A stretch of 64,000 nucleotides of DNA from IMG/VR virus record IMGVR_UViG_3300043395_004689, positions 1 to 64,000 of that record; one strand, given 5' to 3'. How positions within the stretch are numbered: position 1 is the stretch's first letter; each line of letters opens with the position of its first letter. Under the pieces are notes generated by a model, which searched no databases, had not been told where the DNA came from, and worked only from the letters and a program-made list of their open reading frames with translations. This document shows positions 1-10,090 of the stretch, one piece after another. Source of the stretch: a virus. A program made the translations under genes and the position numbers.

Positions 1-1194
1 ATGGGTTGCGATCTAGGACATTGGAGTGTTAGAGGGCAAAAGTTTTATCAAAAACCTCAAGCCCTATTAAACGCCATTGAGCTCAATGAAAATCATGTGC
101 AGTACCACTACTATGACCAAGTATGGGAGTCTTTTGATCGCTCTTTGCTTGGCAAGCGATCTTTAGATGATATCTACAGGGAACGAGCACAACAGTTACG
201 AGATTCATATGATTACTTGATACTGTCCTACAGCGGTGGCTGGGACAGTAGAAATATCTTACAAACTTTTATTAAAAACAATATTAAACTTGACTGCATA
301 CATTTTAGATGGCCAATGAAATTTGTTGATAACAATTTCTACCCAATTTCTAGAAGTAAATCAAGTACAAACTTTCTTTGCGAATGGGATCTAGTTATCA
401 AGTTTGATCTAAACTGGTTGAGAAAAAACCACCCAGATATTAGAATTGAAATTGTTGACTGGACTGATATTCTTTTAGAAAATAGTACTTTCAAAGATAG
501 TCGGTTTGATGGCATCCAACAATTTTCTTTTATGTCAAATTTTGGACGCCAGCTTAGCCATAGCCTAGTTGAAAGAGAAATGGTTGACAAGGGACTAAAA
601 GTTGCCTGTATTTCGGGCGTGGATAAGCCAGTTGTTGAATTAGATGACAACAATAATTTTTATCTTTGCTTCGCTGATACAGCAACAACAGTTTGTCCTC
701 CTAGATTGTATAACCCGCATGGCAATGAGTACTTTTATTGGACGCCCGACATGCCTCTGGTTGCCTTTGAGCAGGCACATCAAGTACTAAAGCATCTTGA
801 ACTAAATCCACAAGATCAGAAAGTGTTTGGCCGCGACATTGATCCTGAAATAATAAAAGCTCTTGGTGGCGATGCACAACGGCGAAAGTACGAATTAATT
901 CATGCTAAATTCAATGATGAAAATAATCTTATTAAGAAAATTGTCTATTCTGAGTATGATCCAAATCTATTCCAAGCAGACAAGCCAATGCGTAGCTTAG
1001 ATAATTTCAAAGGCAACACCAAGGACTTTTTTCTAGAAACCAACAGCCAGGTCATGGAAGTTAAAAAGGTATGGCATGGTCAGTGGCAGTCCTGGTTAGG
1101 ACAATTTAAAAATAAATTTCAAAGCCCTCCAGGGTGGTTCAATCAGTGTAAAACTAAAAGATTTTATGTTGGGAAACTTAACACGCTGTCTTAA
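1..1194 (+). CDS. PP-loop (adenine nucleotide alpha-hydrolase-like) ATP pyrophosphatase family protein; start may lie outside the window
   Basis: LILSYSGGWDS PP-loop (SGGxDS) motif; 397 aa; begins at base 1. Confidence 0.6.
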   Translation: MGCDLGHWSVRGQKFYQKPQALLNAIELNENHVQYHYYDQVWESFDRSLLGKRSLDDIYRERAQQLRDSYDYLILSYSGGWDSRNILQTFIKNNIKLDCIHFRWPMKFVDNNFYPISRSKSSTNFLCEWDLVIKFDLNWLRKNHPDIRIEIVDWTDILLENSTFKDSRFDGIQQFSFMSNFGRQLSHSLVEREMVDKGLKVACISGVDKPVVELDDNNNFYLCFADTATTVCPPRLYNPHGNEYFYWTPDMPLVAFEQAHQVLKHLELNPQDQKVFGRDIDPEIIKALGGDAQRRKYELIHAKFNDENNLIKKIVYSEYDPNLFQADKPMRSLDNFKGNTKDFFLETNSQVMEVKKVWHGQWQSWLGQFKNKFQSPPGWFNQCKTKRFYVGKLNTLS

Positions 1195-2071
1195 AATTTG
1201 TTTATTAGTAATAACAACATTTTCAAGCAACATTGGGCTGGCACAAACCCAGCCCAATAAAAAACCCAAAGCACCCACCGCAGAACCTGCTCGTGCGGTG
1301 CTGCTGATTGACCGCAAAAATAATACGATAAGACAAAACATCAACGCTTATCAACCCATGCCCATTGCCAGCATTACCAAGGTAATGACGGCTTATGTGG
1401 TGTTAGACAGCAATGTTTCTTTAGATGAAATGTTGCCAGTGGTGGCACAAAAGCTTGAAACCAGTAGAACTTTAAAGGCAGGAACCAAGGTTTCAAGGCT
1501 GGATCTAGTGCGCCTTTCACTGGTTGCCAGTGACAACCTAGCAGCCAAACTGCTAGCAGTTCATCATCCTGGTGGATACGATTCGTTCATTGAAAAAATG
1601 AATCATACTGCGTCTCGTCTGGGGATGATAAACACAAACTTTATCGAGCCCACTGGATTGTTACAGAACACCAGCACAGCCTGGGACCTACACCTCTTAA
1701 ACAAGGCTGCGACCAAATACAGTATATTCAGAGAAGCTGCCATGAGCAAAACTCTGGAAGCTGAATCTTTAAACAAGCGAGGTATTTGGCAAAGAGCAAT
1801 AGTTCGCAATACCAGTGCCTTTGCTGGAGATTATGATATCAAGGTCAGCAAGACTGGCTTCACTAATCCGGCAGGATGGTGCATTACCATGATGATTGAA
1901 CATCAAGATCACATCTTTGATCTTGTAGTGCTTGGTAGCCCCTCAAAGAAAACACGCAATGATCTAGTGTCTGACTATCTTAAAGATTATATGAATTTTA
2001 TTACCAGAAATTCTGTAATACAAAAAATTAATCTTATTGACACTGATACCGGCTTTGAAAGTGCTCCATAA
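1166..2071 (+). CDS. Peptidase S11 D-Ala-D-Ala carboxy/endopeptidase (PBP7/PbpG-like)
   Basis: Signal peptide; SxxK (ASITK), SxN (SDN) and KTG motifs in PBP order. Confidence 0.9.
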   Translation: MLGNLTRCLKICLLVITTFSSNIGLAQTQPNKKPKAPTAEPARAVLLIDRKNNTIRQNINAYQPMPIASITKVMTAYVVLDSNVSLDEMLPVVAQKLETSRTLKAGTKVSRLDLVRLSLVASDNLAAKLLAVHHPGGYDSFIEKMNHTASRLGMINTNFIEPTGLLQNTSTAWDLHLLNKAATKYSIFREAAMSKTLEAESLNKRGIWQRAIVRNTSAFAGDYDIKVSKTGFTNPAGWCITMMIEHQDHIFDLVVLGSPSKKTRNDLVSDYLKDYMNFITRNSVIQKINLIDTDTGFESAP

Positions 2072-2714
2072 CTGACCAGGGTTCTAAGAAACGCAGGCTC
2101 ATGATTATTCTAGGTGCAGTACCTGTCCAGTTAATAGAGTGCAACATGTCGGTTCGCACAAAACTGGCCCATTGGTTGATCTTGGTCAGTTGATTATTTT
2201 TATAAGCAGGCTCTCCCAGCAGACTCCATCGTTCTGCTATGGTTTTTCCTTTGGCCTGTAGTCGCTTGCGAGATTCGCCTCGGGGGTTAACAAATTCTTC
2301 TACCACCAGTGCTGGATGATCTGTGCCAATCACATTCCACCAAGACATTTCTTCGTCTTCGCTACCTTGTATTAGGATATTAAACCTAATAGGAACTAGA
2401 CCATCCACATCCTGATAAGTGTCAATGTGAGGGTTTCCTCTGCGGTCGGGTTTGGGAGCAGGTAGTTGTTTGTAGAGAAACCACTGTATTGCTGGCCTTT
2501 GCATGTTTGCCACCGGAGTAGTAGCAAGTCCATACATGATTTCTCGAAATGCTGTAGATCCATACCAGTCTATGTCGCCGATGGTATCTGTAACAAGGGC
2601 AGATGGCAGCGGAGCATTTTTTTGAAAATTTTCAAAGGTTGGCTGAATTTTAGATCTAATCCAGTCCATGCTGTCTGCGCTAATGCTAAAGGGTATGGTT
2701 AGATAAGGTAGCAT
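2034..2714 (-). CDS. Putative Fe(II)/2OG-type (DSBH) oxygenase-like protein
   Basis: PHIDT (HxD), RFNI strand, distal MLHSI and RIIMSLRF; same pattern as other oxygenase-like genes here. Confidence 0.5.
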   Translation of the reverse strand: MLPYLTIPFSISADSMDWIRSKIQPTFENFQKNAPLPSALVTDTIGDIDWYGSTAFREIMYGLATTPVANMQRPAIQWFLYKQLPAPKPDRRGNPHIDTYQDVDGLVPIRFNILIQGSEDEEMSWWNVIGTDHPALVVEEFVNPRGESRKRLQAKGKTIAERWSLLGEPAYKNNQLTKINQWASFVRTDMLHSINWTGTAPRIIMSLRFLEPWSVMEHFQSRYQCQ

Positions 2715-2782
2715 TCGTTACTTAGCAGCAGATAGGGATACAGGTTAGCAAAGAGCTAACCTGTATTTTTTGTAGGCAAATA

Positions 2783-3061
2783 TTAGTCTAAACGAGTAAC
2801 AACAGATGAAATGCCATTGGCATCGTTATAAGACTTAGCAACTGCTAGCTGAGCAACTCTTTCTGGGTCGGCAACAAAAGCATCCGCTGCGGCAGCGTTT
2901 GCAAAAACTAGCTCAATAGTAGCCTGTAAGCGATTTTCGCTGACTGTTCTACTGCGAGTGTACGAATGTCTTGACTTAATCGACGCTGTATACGATTCTG
3001 GATATGTATAGAATGGTACATCAACAGACGGTCTAGTTTGGACAAATTTTAATGTGGTCAT
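2783..3061 (-). CDS. Hypothetical protein (92 aa)
   Basis: ORF with AAAGGA RBS on the minus strand. Confidence 0.7.
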   Translation of the reverse strand: MTTLKFVQTRPSVDVPFYTYPESYTASIKSRHSYTRSRTVSENRLQATIELVFANAAAADAFVADPERVAQLAVAKSYNDANGISSVVTRLD

Positions 3062-3162
3062 TTTTGATTTCCTTTGTAAAGAAATACTGGTTTCTTCTAT
3101 GCATATTTAGCATTTTGTACGAACCGGTACCTTCTTTGGCTATTTACCTTAGGTAAAAATCA

Positions 3163-3191
3163 TTGACAATCCTACTAAATAATTATATACT
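3163..3191 (+). promoter_or_regulatory. sigma70-type promoter
   Basis: TTGACA-17nt-TATACT. Confidence 0.75.
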
Positions 3192-3215
3192 AACATTACT
3201 TCAAAAGGATACCCA

Positions 3216-3461
3216 ATGATAGTACACATTGATGTTGGCGTAAAAAAAGAAAACGGCAAATGGATTGGTCGTTGGAAATCTACTAATTGTGCCGGGGATA
3301 ATTTTAACTGCACAGACTGCACAGATTATCCCAGTGAAATTCTAGCAAATCGTCGAGAAGAGCTAGAGCGCAAGTTAGACAAGGCCCTGCGCTTGGCTTT
3401 CCCCAAAGCCAGTTACATTATTCAACATCGAGATAACATGGAAGAGTGGACCCATGCGTAA
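3216..3461 (+). CDS. Hypothetical protein
   Basis: AAGGA RBS; overlaps next start. Confidence 0.7.
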   Translation: MIVHIDVGVKKENGKWIGRWKSTNCAGDNFNCTDCTDYPSEILANRREELERKLDKALRLAFPKASYIIQHRDNMEEWTHA

Positions 3462-3699
3462 TTTAGGTGCAGAACAACGATTTGCAGATCGTTTGTTTAT
3501 GATAGGCGGAGCATTGTTCTTGCTGGGTTTAATGGCATTGGCCATTGGTACAGAAATGCTGGTACTAAGTTATTTTTCCGTAGATCCTACTATGTTTTGG
3601 ATTTGGCAAGGAACCTGGGCAGTGGTAACTGCCGTGGTAGTTAGCATGGTTGCCAAAATGATTAAATCAAATACTGCGACAAAGAATGGCGATAGCTAG
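3454..3699 (+). CDS. Hypothetical two-TM membrane protein
   Basis: Two hydrophobic stretches. Confidence 0.65.
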   Translation: MRNLGAEQRFADRLFMIGGALFLLGLMALAIGTEMLVLSYFSVDPTMFWIWQGTWAVVTAVVVSMVAKMIKSNTATKNGDS

Positions 3700-4009
3700 T
3701 AATCCTCACGAACCATGGTTTGCCAATGAAGAGAAAAGTCTTTATTGGCTACCTATTAAAAAGTTTGACTACGCTGATGATATCAGTGGTCACGAATATA
3801 TTCAATTGCAAACCGAAATCCGTGAGTTCGCTGCCAACATCAGGGCCCAATTGGTTGAACACGATATTGCTGTTGCAAATGTTGCAACACAACAGCATTT
3901 GGATTACCGGGCACTTGGAAGCAGAGTTGCAGTGGCCGTTGGGTTCAAAACCAAAGAAGAATTGGTATTGGCTAAGCTTATACTCAATCGATGCGACGAA
4001 TTAGACTAG
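3686..4009 (+). CDS. Hypothetical protein
   Basis: ORF in a tightly overlapping run. Confidence 0.6.
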   Translation: MAIASNPHEPWFANEEKSLYWLPIKKFDYADDISGHEYIQLQTEIREFAANIRAQLVEHDIAVANVATQQHLDYRALGSRVAVAVGFKTKEELVLAKLILNRCDELD

Positions 4010-4254
4010 CAAATTTGTCGCTGGGTGACCCAGATGATGTGGAAATATATGCAGCCGCGGCAGTATGGGAATGGACTCAGCTACCAGACGGTAAAAGGGT
4101 AGTAGAGCAGTTTGGCATTACCACAGATCAAATGTATTGGACTAGAGGACCTATACGACAGGACTCGTATACCATTACTGTAGATATTTGGACCGATGTT
4201 GACAAAGAAACTGAAATGTTGTTGAAGTTGTCCGGATTGTTACCAATCAAGTAA
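3991..4254 (+). CDS. Hypothetical protein
   Basis: ORF in a tightly overlapping run. Confidence 0.6.
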   Translation: MRRIRLANLSLGDPDDVEIYAAAAVWEWTQLPDGKRVVEQFGITTDQMYWTRGPIRQDSYTITVDIWTDVDKETEMLLKLSGLLPIK

Positions 4255-4340
4255 ACAAATACTTGGGGTTGTGCGTTATATAAATGTAGTAGGACAACAA
4301 TGTCTTAATTACAATGTTTCTAAACCCTTAAGGAGATAAT

Positions 4341-4586
4341 ATGAAACTCGTAGCAACTTTAATCGCCGGCTTGTTTGCCGCTGGTACAGCTTTTGCTCAG
4401 GCCCCTGCCGCCCCTGCCGCCCCTGCTGCACCTGCCAAGGCTGAAGCAAAGAAAGAAGAAAAGAAGGCTGATGCCAAGCCTGCTGATAAAGCAGCCAAGC
4501 CAGCTGAGAAAAAGGCCGAGCCTGCTAAAAGCGATGCAGCCAAGCCAGCTGCCAAGGATCAAAAAGCCGAAGCTCCTAAGAAGTAA
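4341..4586 (+). CDS. Secreted Ala/Lys/Pro-rich low-complexity protein
   Basis: TAAGGAG RBS; Sec signal (..TAFA/Q); PAA and KPA repeats. Confidence 0.8.
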   Translation: MKLVATLIAGLFAAGTAFAQAPAAPAAPAAPAKAEAKKEEKKADAKPADKAAKPAEKKAEPAKSDAAKPAAKDQKAEAPKK

Positions 4587-4797
4587 TCCACTAAGATTAT
4601 CACTGATAAGATCGGGTACTTTAGAACCATCAGAAATTTTATTTGATGATGAAGATGTTATTGTCCGTTCAAGATGGAAACAAGAAATTGTTATACTTGA
4701 TGAGGACGGTGAACCTGATCTTAGTGATGAAATTAAATGGAAACTGTTCTTAGCCCGTACAGCGGCTATGTTGCGGTATCGGGCAAAATGGGGCTAG
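4471..4797 (+). CDS. Hypothetical protein overlapping the preceding gene in the +1 frame (start uncertain: 4471 or 4534)
   Basis: Protein-like C-terminal 70 aa fills the gap to the terminator; the usable in-frame ATGs lie inside the 4341-4586 gene. Confidence 0.5.
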   Translation: MPSLLIKQPSQLRKRPSLLKAMQPSQLPRIKKPKLLRSNPLRLSLIRSGTLEPSEILFDDEDVIVRSRWKQEIVILDEDGEPDLSDEIKWKLFLARTAAMLRYRAKWG

Positions 4798-4812
4798 TCT
4801 AGCCCCATTTTT
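4785..4812 (+). terminator. Rho-independent terminator (potentially bidirectional)
   Basis: AAAATGGGGCTAG-T-CTAGCCCCATTTTT. Confidence 0.8.
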
Positions 4813-4867
4813 CTTATACAAATTTAACTAAATAAGAGCAGTTACCTATTATAAAGGAGGTGATACT

Positions 4868-4987
4868 ATGTTAGAAACATTATTTTGGTTGGCTTTGGGC
4901 GCATTTATTGGTTGGAATTTTCCTCAGCCACAGTTTGCAAAAAACATTCAGGCCAGGGTAGTAGGACTTTTTAAAGGCAAGGAGTAA
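4868..4987 (+). CDS. Small membrane protein MLETLFWLALGAFIGWNFPQPQFAKNIQARVVGLFKGKE (not in ORF track)
   Basis: AAAGGAGGTG RBS; 39 codons; stop abuts iscU RBS. Confidence 0.75.
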   Translation: MLETLFWLALGAFIGWNFPQPQFAKNIQARVVGLFKGKE

Positions 4988-4990
4988 TGT

Positions 4991-5371
4991 ATGGCCTATA
5001 GTGACAAAGTAGTAGACCATTATGAAAACCCCAGAAACGTTGGTAGTTTTGATAAGTCCGCTAGCGATATTGGTACTGGCATGGTTGGTGCACCTGCTTG
5101 CGGCGATGTTATGAAACTACAGATAAAAGTAGAAGATGGGATTATAACCGATGCAAAATTTAAAACATATGGTTGTGGATCAGCAATTGCAAGCTCAAGC
5201 CTTGTTACAGAATGGGTCAAAGGCAAAACACTCGACGAAGCCAGTTCAATCAAAAACTCAGCCATCGCAGAAGAACTAGCCCTACCACCAGTTAAGATCC
5301 ACTGTTCAATTTTAGCTGAAGACGCCATCAAAGCGGCAGTAGAAGATTACAGAAAGAAACACGGAGCATAA
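4991..5371 (+). CDS. iscU: Fe-S cluster scaffold IscU
   Basis: MAYSDKVVDHYENPRNVG, APACGD, GCGSAIAS, LPPVKIHC motifs. Confidence 0.97.
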   Translation: MAYSDKVVDHYENPRNVGSFDKSASDIGTGMVGAPACGDVMKLQIKVEDGIITDAKFKTYGCGSAIASSSLVTEWVKGKTLDEASSIKNSAIAEELALPPVKIHCSILAEDAIKAAVEDYRKKHGA

Positions 5372-5374
5372 CAG

Positions 5375-5695
5375 ATGATATCGTTGACTGAGACGGCCCA
5401 AGTTAAAGTCAAGACTATGTTGGACCAACGCGGTCATGGCGTTGGCATCAGGATTGGTGTTAAAACTACAGGTTGCTCTGGGCTAGCTTATGTGCTAGAA
5501 TATGTAGACAGGGTGGAAGAACACGATCAAATTTTTGAATTCGACGGAGTCAAAGTGGTAGTTGATCCAAAAAGCAATGCCTATCTCAACGGCATGCAAA
5601 TTGATTATGTACGCAAGGGACTCAATGCAGGGTTTGAATTTCAAAACCCAAATGAAAGAGATCGCTGTGGATGCGGCGAGAGCTTTAGAGTATAA
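5375..5695 (+). CDS. iscA: Fe-S cluster assembly A-type carrier IscA
   Basis: TTGCSGLAY and C-terminal CGCGESF. Confidence 0.95.
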   Translation: MISLTETAQVKVKTMLDQRGHGVGIRIGVKTTGCSGLAYVLEYVDRVEEHDQIFEFDGVKVVVDPKSNAYLNGMQIDYVRKGLNAGFEFQNPNERDRCGCGESFRV

Positions 5696-5705
5696 GGAGC
5701 TCACT

Positions 5706-6035
5706 ATGAAAAAGTTTGTATTAGCTATTGTTATTGGAATGAGCATGATTGGTTCGGCTGTGGCCAACGATAGACATTATCGGCCACATCACAGACCTCA
5801 TGTGCAACACCATCATCATCATGGACACCATGGTAATCATAGATGGGTAGCACCACTGATCATTGGCGGAGCCATTGGCTACGGTGTCACACGATACTAC
5901 AGTCCACCTCCAGTGTACTATCCCAATGCGCCAGTGATCGTGCATAATCCCCCAATGCCAGCCCCACAATGCACTCGTTATATCTATCAAGACTCTTACG
6001 GTAATACAATCAGGGAAGAAACTCGTTGCGAATAA
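5706..6035 (+). CDS. Secreted His-rich/Pro-rich protein with glycine-zipper-like segment
   Basis: AAGGAG RBS then MKKFVLA signal peptide; HHHHHGHH tract; LIIGGAIGYGV; start revised from track 5562. Confidence 0.7.
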   Translation: MKKFVLAIVIGMSMIGSAVANDRHYRPHHRPHVQHHHHHGHHGNHRWVAPLIIGGAIGYGVTRYYSPPPVYYPNAPVIVHNPPMPAPQCTRYIYQDSYGNTIREETRCE

Positions 6036-6061
6036 GTTCAAAATCAGCTAAAATCGTTGAC

Positions 6062-6316
6062 ATGCACATTAACGAAATCACTGAGATTAACCAAATTCTA
6101 AAACACCTAGACCAAGCTGACCACGATAATTTTTGTTATGCATGGTACCAGGGTCTAGATCCATACAAAGAAAATCCTGATGCATTATTGCTTATGGCAA
6201 ACGCGGTGCTGACACATTTTGAAGTGCCGCTGTATGCCACTGGCATAGGTTGGGATCCGTACACAGAATGCTTTGTTTGGAAGTTTGGTAAAAACACCAG
6301 TCCCAGCTACCCATAA
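6062..6316 (+). CDS. Hypothetical protein
   Basis: First ATG after the previous stop. Confidence 0.55.
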   Translation: MHINEITEINQILKHLDQADHDNFCYAWYQGLDPYKENPDALLLMANAVLTHFEVPLYATGIGWDPYTECFVWKFGKNTSPSYP

Positions 6317-6342
6317 TTAGAAACAACAGTAAAGGAAAATCT

Positions 6343-6933
6343 ATGAGTCTAGTTCCAATGGTCATTGAGAAGACCAGCACCGGCGAGCGAGCATTTGATA
6401 TCTATAGTCGTTTGCTCAAAGAGCGCATTGTCATGCTGGAAGGCGAAGTGCATGACCAAATGGCCAACTTGATTGTGGCCCAGCTTCTTTATCTTGAGGC
6501 TGAAAATTCAACTCAACCCATTACACTTTTTATCAACAGCCCTGGTGGTAGTGTCACTGCTGGTATGGCCATCTACGATACCATGCAGTTTGTGCGGTGT
6601 CCAGTGTCAACCTATGTTATGGGTCAAGCCTGTTCAATGGGCAGTTTACTGGCACAAGCCGGCGCCGCCGGTCAGCGGTTTATTCTGCCCAGTGCTCGTC
6701 ACATGATTCACCAGCCTTCGGGTGGTGCTCGTGGTCAAGCCACAGACATGGAAATTCAAGTACGCGAAATCCTTGAAATGAAGCGCAATCTTACCAACAT
6801 CTATGTCAAGCATAACAGTCGTGGCAAAAGCTATGACGAGTTTGCTCGAGACATGGAGCGTGATAATTTTATGAGTGCTCAACAGGCTGTGGATTATGGC
6901 CTTGCTGACAGCATTGTTAGCAAACGAGCGTAA
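6343..6933 (+). CDS. clpP: ATP-dependent Clp protease proteolytic subunit
   Basis: [22 protein letters not shown], catalytic S (ACSMG), H (MIHQP), D (RDNFMS). Confidence 0.97.
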   Translation: MSLVPMVIEKTSTGERAFDIYSRLLKERIVMLEGEVHDQMANLIVAQLLYLEAENSTQPITLFINSPGGSVTAGMAIYDTMQFVRCPVSTYVMGQACSMGSLLAQAGAAGQRFILPSARHMIHQPSGGARGQATDMEIQVREILEMKRNLTNIYVKHNSRGKSYDEFARDMERDNFMSAQQAVDYGLADSIVSKRA

Positions 6934-6954
6934 GAATTTCAAATTACCAGCAAC

Positions 6955-6981
6955 AAATGCGAGGTCAGCCCTCGCATTTTT
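6955..6981 (+). terminator. Rho-independent terminator
   Basis: AAATGCGAGG-TCAGC-CCTCGCATTTTT. Confidence 0.8.
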
Positions 6982-7029
6982 ATGACCATTGGCTTATGCT
7001 AAGTAAGCAAATGAAACAGCAAGCGGTCA

Positions 7030-8040
7030 ATGAAAAAGCTAACACTAATTAAACAGCGCGAACAGGTATTGCAACTAACTTGGTTCATAAACAATATTTG
7101 TACCAATCATTGCGACTATTGTCCTCCTATATTACACAATGGTGCTAACCATAACTACGACTGGACTCATGCTCGTAGCTTTTTAACCAGACTAATAGAT
7201 CGTCATAAAAAGATAAATTGCCTTTTACTTGGCGGTGAGCCAACAGTAAGCCCATTTTTAAATGAAGCAATTGACATGTTGCATTCGCGTGGGCATACAA
7301 TTTCATTGACCAGTAACGGAGTTCGCTCAGTTGAGTATTGGAAAGACATTGCTCCTAAAGTAAATAGTGTAGCTTTCAGTTATCATCCCGGCTATGGCAT
7401 TGAAGATTTTTTTGAGAAAATTGAAGCCATTGGCAAGCATACTCAAATTGGAGTTCGAGTCATGTTTGATTCTAGGCACTGGGACAAGGCTCTGGCATTT
7501 TATAATCAGTGCATAACGATACCATACCTTCGTGTTGATGCAGTTAGAATACTTTCAGAAATTGCAGGCGGTCATACAATTGGATCCGACTACACAGCCG
7601 AACAGCTAGAGTGGTTAAGTATCACTACAAAAAAAGAAATTGCACCTCAACAACATGCTGTTCTAAAAAAGCAAAATCCGCAGTGGAAATTGTTGTACAT
7701 AGGGTCTACTTTTCATTACGACGATGGATCTACTGACCAATACGGTGATGCTAATCATTTAATTTCGTCGGAGAAAAGTTTTTTTAACGGATGGGCTTGT
7801 AGCATTGGAGTAGAGAGTTTGTATATCAACTGGGATGGTCGTGTTAGAAAAGGCAACTGTAGACAAGGACCTGATCTATTTCATCTCAATGATCATGCTA
7901 ACCATTCTTTACCAACTGAAGGTGAAATTTGTACAATGGGCAGATGTATATGCCCAACAGATGTTTTAGTAACAAAATTTCCAGTAGCACAAAAAAGTAT
8001 CATTCAGCCGACGCCGGTGATTCAATTGGTACCACAATAA
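7030..8040 (+). CDS. Radical SAM protein with C-terminal SPASM/Twitch-like Cys cluster
   Basis: CTNHCDYC, GGEP, C-terminal CSIG..GNC..CTMGRCIC. Confidence 0.9.
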   Translation: MKKLTLIKQREQVLQLTWFINNICTNHCDYCPPILHNGANHNYDWTHARSFLTRLIDRHKKINCLLLGGEPTVSPFLNEAIDMLHSRGHTISLTSNGVRSVEYWKDIAPKVNSVAFSYHPGYGIEDFFEKIEAIGKHTQIGVRVMFDSRHWDKALAFYNQCITIPYLRVDAVRILSEIAGGHTIGSDYTAEQLEWLSITTKKEIAPQQHAVLKKQNPQWKLLYIGSTFHYDDGSTDQYGDANHLISSEKSFFNGWACSIGVESLYINWDGRVRKGNCRQGPDLFHLNDHANHSLPTEGEICTMGRCICPTDVLVTKFPVAQKSIIQPTPVIQLVPQ

Positions 8041-8041
8041 T

Positions 8042-9154
8042 ATGCGTTGGCAATCAGTAAAAAAACTTCACTTAGAAATCAGTGCTTTGTGCAATGCGGC
8101 ATGTCCTAATTGTGCTCGCTATCCAACTGCGGGCTACTACGAGTTACCCAGCATCAAACCCGAGCATGTTTGGACCTTAGAACAAACTAAGCAAAGATTT
8201 CCAGCTGGTAGTCTAAGCAACATAGAATTTATTTCTTTTAATGGTACTGTTGGTGACTTTATTACCAATATCGAAGCATTGGAAATTATTCAATATCTTC
8301 ACAACAACTCTAGTCCAATGGTTTGCAAACTGATCAATACCAATGGCTCAGCAAGAAAAGAAGAGTGGTGGCAAGAACTGGCTACCATTCCAAACCTAAG
8401 AGTAAATTTTGGCATTGATGGCCTCAGCGACACTCATCATCTTTATCGTCGTAATACAGATTGGCAAAGGATCATTGACAATGCCAGCGCATTTATTGCC
8501 GCAGGAGGTGAAGCACACTGGGTTATGACTATATTTCAGCATAACCAACATCAGGTTGCTGACTGCGCCAAGCTTGCATCTGAATTAGGCTTTAAGCAAT
8601 TCTGGGCCAGGCATACTGATAGAGAAATTGTACCAGCAAGAGATCGTAACAGGCAAACAACACATTGGATTCGCCCAGCTGACAATGCTCCATCAATGAA
8701 CTTGAAAGTTGTCACTGAGCAAGGAGTTGCACACAAGGAACAACAATTCCTTATAAAAAATTTATATCAAGCAAGTCAAATTCACAACAACATTCCTTTA
8801 CCAAGTTTGGAAAATTGTGATAGCCTACGCGAACGCATGGTCTATGTTGGAGGAGACTGGACAGTGGTACCTTGCTGTTTCCTTGGTGCCATAAGTTTTA
8901 CACGCGAAGGTGACAACCGCTATGATAATTTAGTAAATGCTCTTGCAGAAAATAACCTAACACTAGAAGATTTAAAAGCTAGCGAAACACAAACTGTAGT
9001 TGATATTGTTGATCGCGGATTTGACTGGATATACAATAGAATAACAACATCGCGAGCATTGACAGCTTGTTATAATCATTGTCATCCCAAAGATTCGGCC
9101 TTTCGTACCAGCCAGTCAGACATGAAATCTAAATATGCCAAAACTGCAAGTTAA
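8042..9154 (+). CDS. Radical SAM protein with Twitch-like C-terminus
   Basis: CNAACPNC; GTVGD; TNGS; IDG; VVPCC..CYNHC. Confidence 0.88.
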   Translation: MRWQSVKKLHLEISALCNAACPNCARYPTAGYYELPSIKPEHVWTLEQTKQRFPAGSLSNIEFISFNGTVGDFITNIEALEIIQYLHNNSSPMVCKLINTNGSARKEEWWQELATIPNLRVNFGIDGLSDTHHLYRRNTDWQRIIDNASAFIAAGGEAHWVMTIFQHNQHQVADCAKLASELGFKQFWARHTDREIVPARDRNRQTTHWIRPADNAPSMNLKVVTEQGVAHKEQQFLIKNLYQASQIHNNIPLPSLENCDSLRERMVYVGGDWTVVPCCFLGAISFTREGDNRYDNLVNALAENNLTLEDLKASETQTVVDIVDRGFDWIYNRITTSRALTACYNHCHPKDSAFRTSQSDMKSKYAKTAS

Positions 9155-10043
9155 CTTTGATCTAGGTTTTAATCTAACTTACCAAATTGTTGATTGCGAA
9201 TCTTCTAGGTTTTTCTTGGACAGCATACAGTTAGTATGCCCTAACGACATTTGTCCTACATCCTTAAAAAATGGATTTGCATCAGATGAACTAATCAATT
9301 TGCAGACCAACAGACTGTACAAAGTTGCCAATTATATTAACAGTATATTCCCTAATGAAGTACAGATTGTTCCCTTAGACTCTGATTGGAAACTGGCATT
9401 GCAAATGATGCACACACACTTTCCTGATTTAACAAGTAGGCTTAGTGGCCCAGAATTACAAGCAATAACACCCAGTCTGGGCGAGTTCAATGATCTAATA
9501 CATTGGCTAGACAAAGAGCTAGAAAGAAAACACAGAGGAAACGTTCTCAATAAAACCTGGGCAACACTTTGCTTAGACTTTAATAGATCTGACCGTTGCC
9601 AGCATCGTCCTATACCTGCTGAAGACTATGAGCTCTTTACGCACGAGCTGTATTTTGGTGGACTGCATTTGCACTATGACAATGTTGGAAGGCATCCTTG
9701 GGAACTTTTCAGCAGTTCCGATTATCATTGTCCAGCAGATCAAGTTATAAGTCAAAATCAAATCAGCGCCAGTTGTAATTTATATTTTAACGATTGGGAC
9801 CTTCTAAGAAAAACAAAACAAGTTCAGTCACTGGCGCAGTACCAACTAAAATTCAACAAGTTCTATCACGACAGGGGAGGAATTGATTTTTTTAAATATG
9901 CCCTTGATGATTCTAGACTAGCAGTAGGGTACATGAAAATTGGGCAGCTTGAAAATTTAGCTGATTACTCAACCGTTGACCTTAGACGCAATTTGAGAGA
10001 ACAATTGGCAAAATCTAACATAATTGGCTGGGAGGTTTGGTAA
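9135..10043 (+). CDS. Unnamed His-motif domain protein (copy 1 of a four-member family)
   Basis: MMHTHF / NDLIHWLD / FGGLHLHYDNVGRH motifs shared with 28828, the 29679 C-terminus and 31970. Confidence 0.65.
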   Translation: MPKLQVNFDLGFNLTYQIVDCESSRFFLDSIQLVCPNDICPTSLKNGFASDELINLQTNRLYKVANYINSIFPNEVQIVPLDSDWKLALQMMHTHFPDLTSRLSGPELQAITPSLGEFNDLIHWLDKELERKHRGNVLNKTWATLCLDFNRSDRCQHRPIPAEDYELFTHELYFGGLHLHYDNVGRHPWELFSSSDYHCPADQVISQNQISASCNLYFNDWDLLRKTKQVQSLAQYQLKFNKFYHDRGGIDFFKYALDDSRLAVGYMKIGQLENLADYSTVDLRRNLREQLAKSNIIGWEVW

Positions 10044-10090
10044 AGAATTTTTATAGTTTTGTGTAAATAAGTTCCAAGGAGGGGTGAGCT

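Noticed and set aside
3143-3157. Second ACCTTAGG copy
   Set aside because: It is the centre of the palindrome TTTACCT-T-AGGTAAA between divergent promoters; no other element motifs are nearby
5790-5840. CAY-rich tandem repeat
   Set aside because: Explained by the poly-His coding tract of the 5706-6035 gene
7011-7052. Leaderless uORF MKQQAVNEKANTN after TAAGTA
   Set aside because: Out of frame with the rSAM gene and featureless; cannot be told from chance
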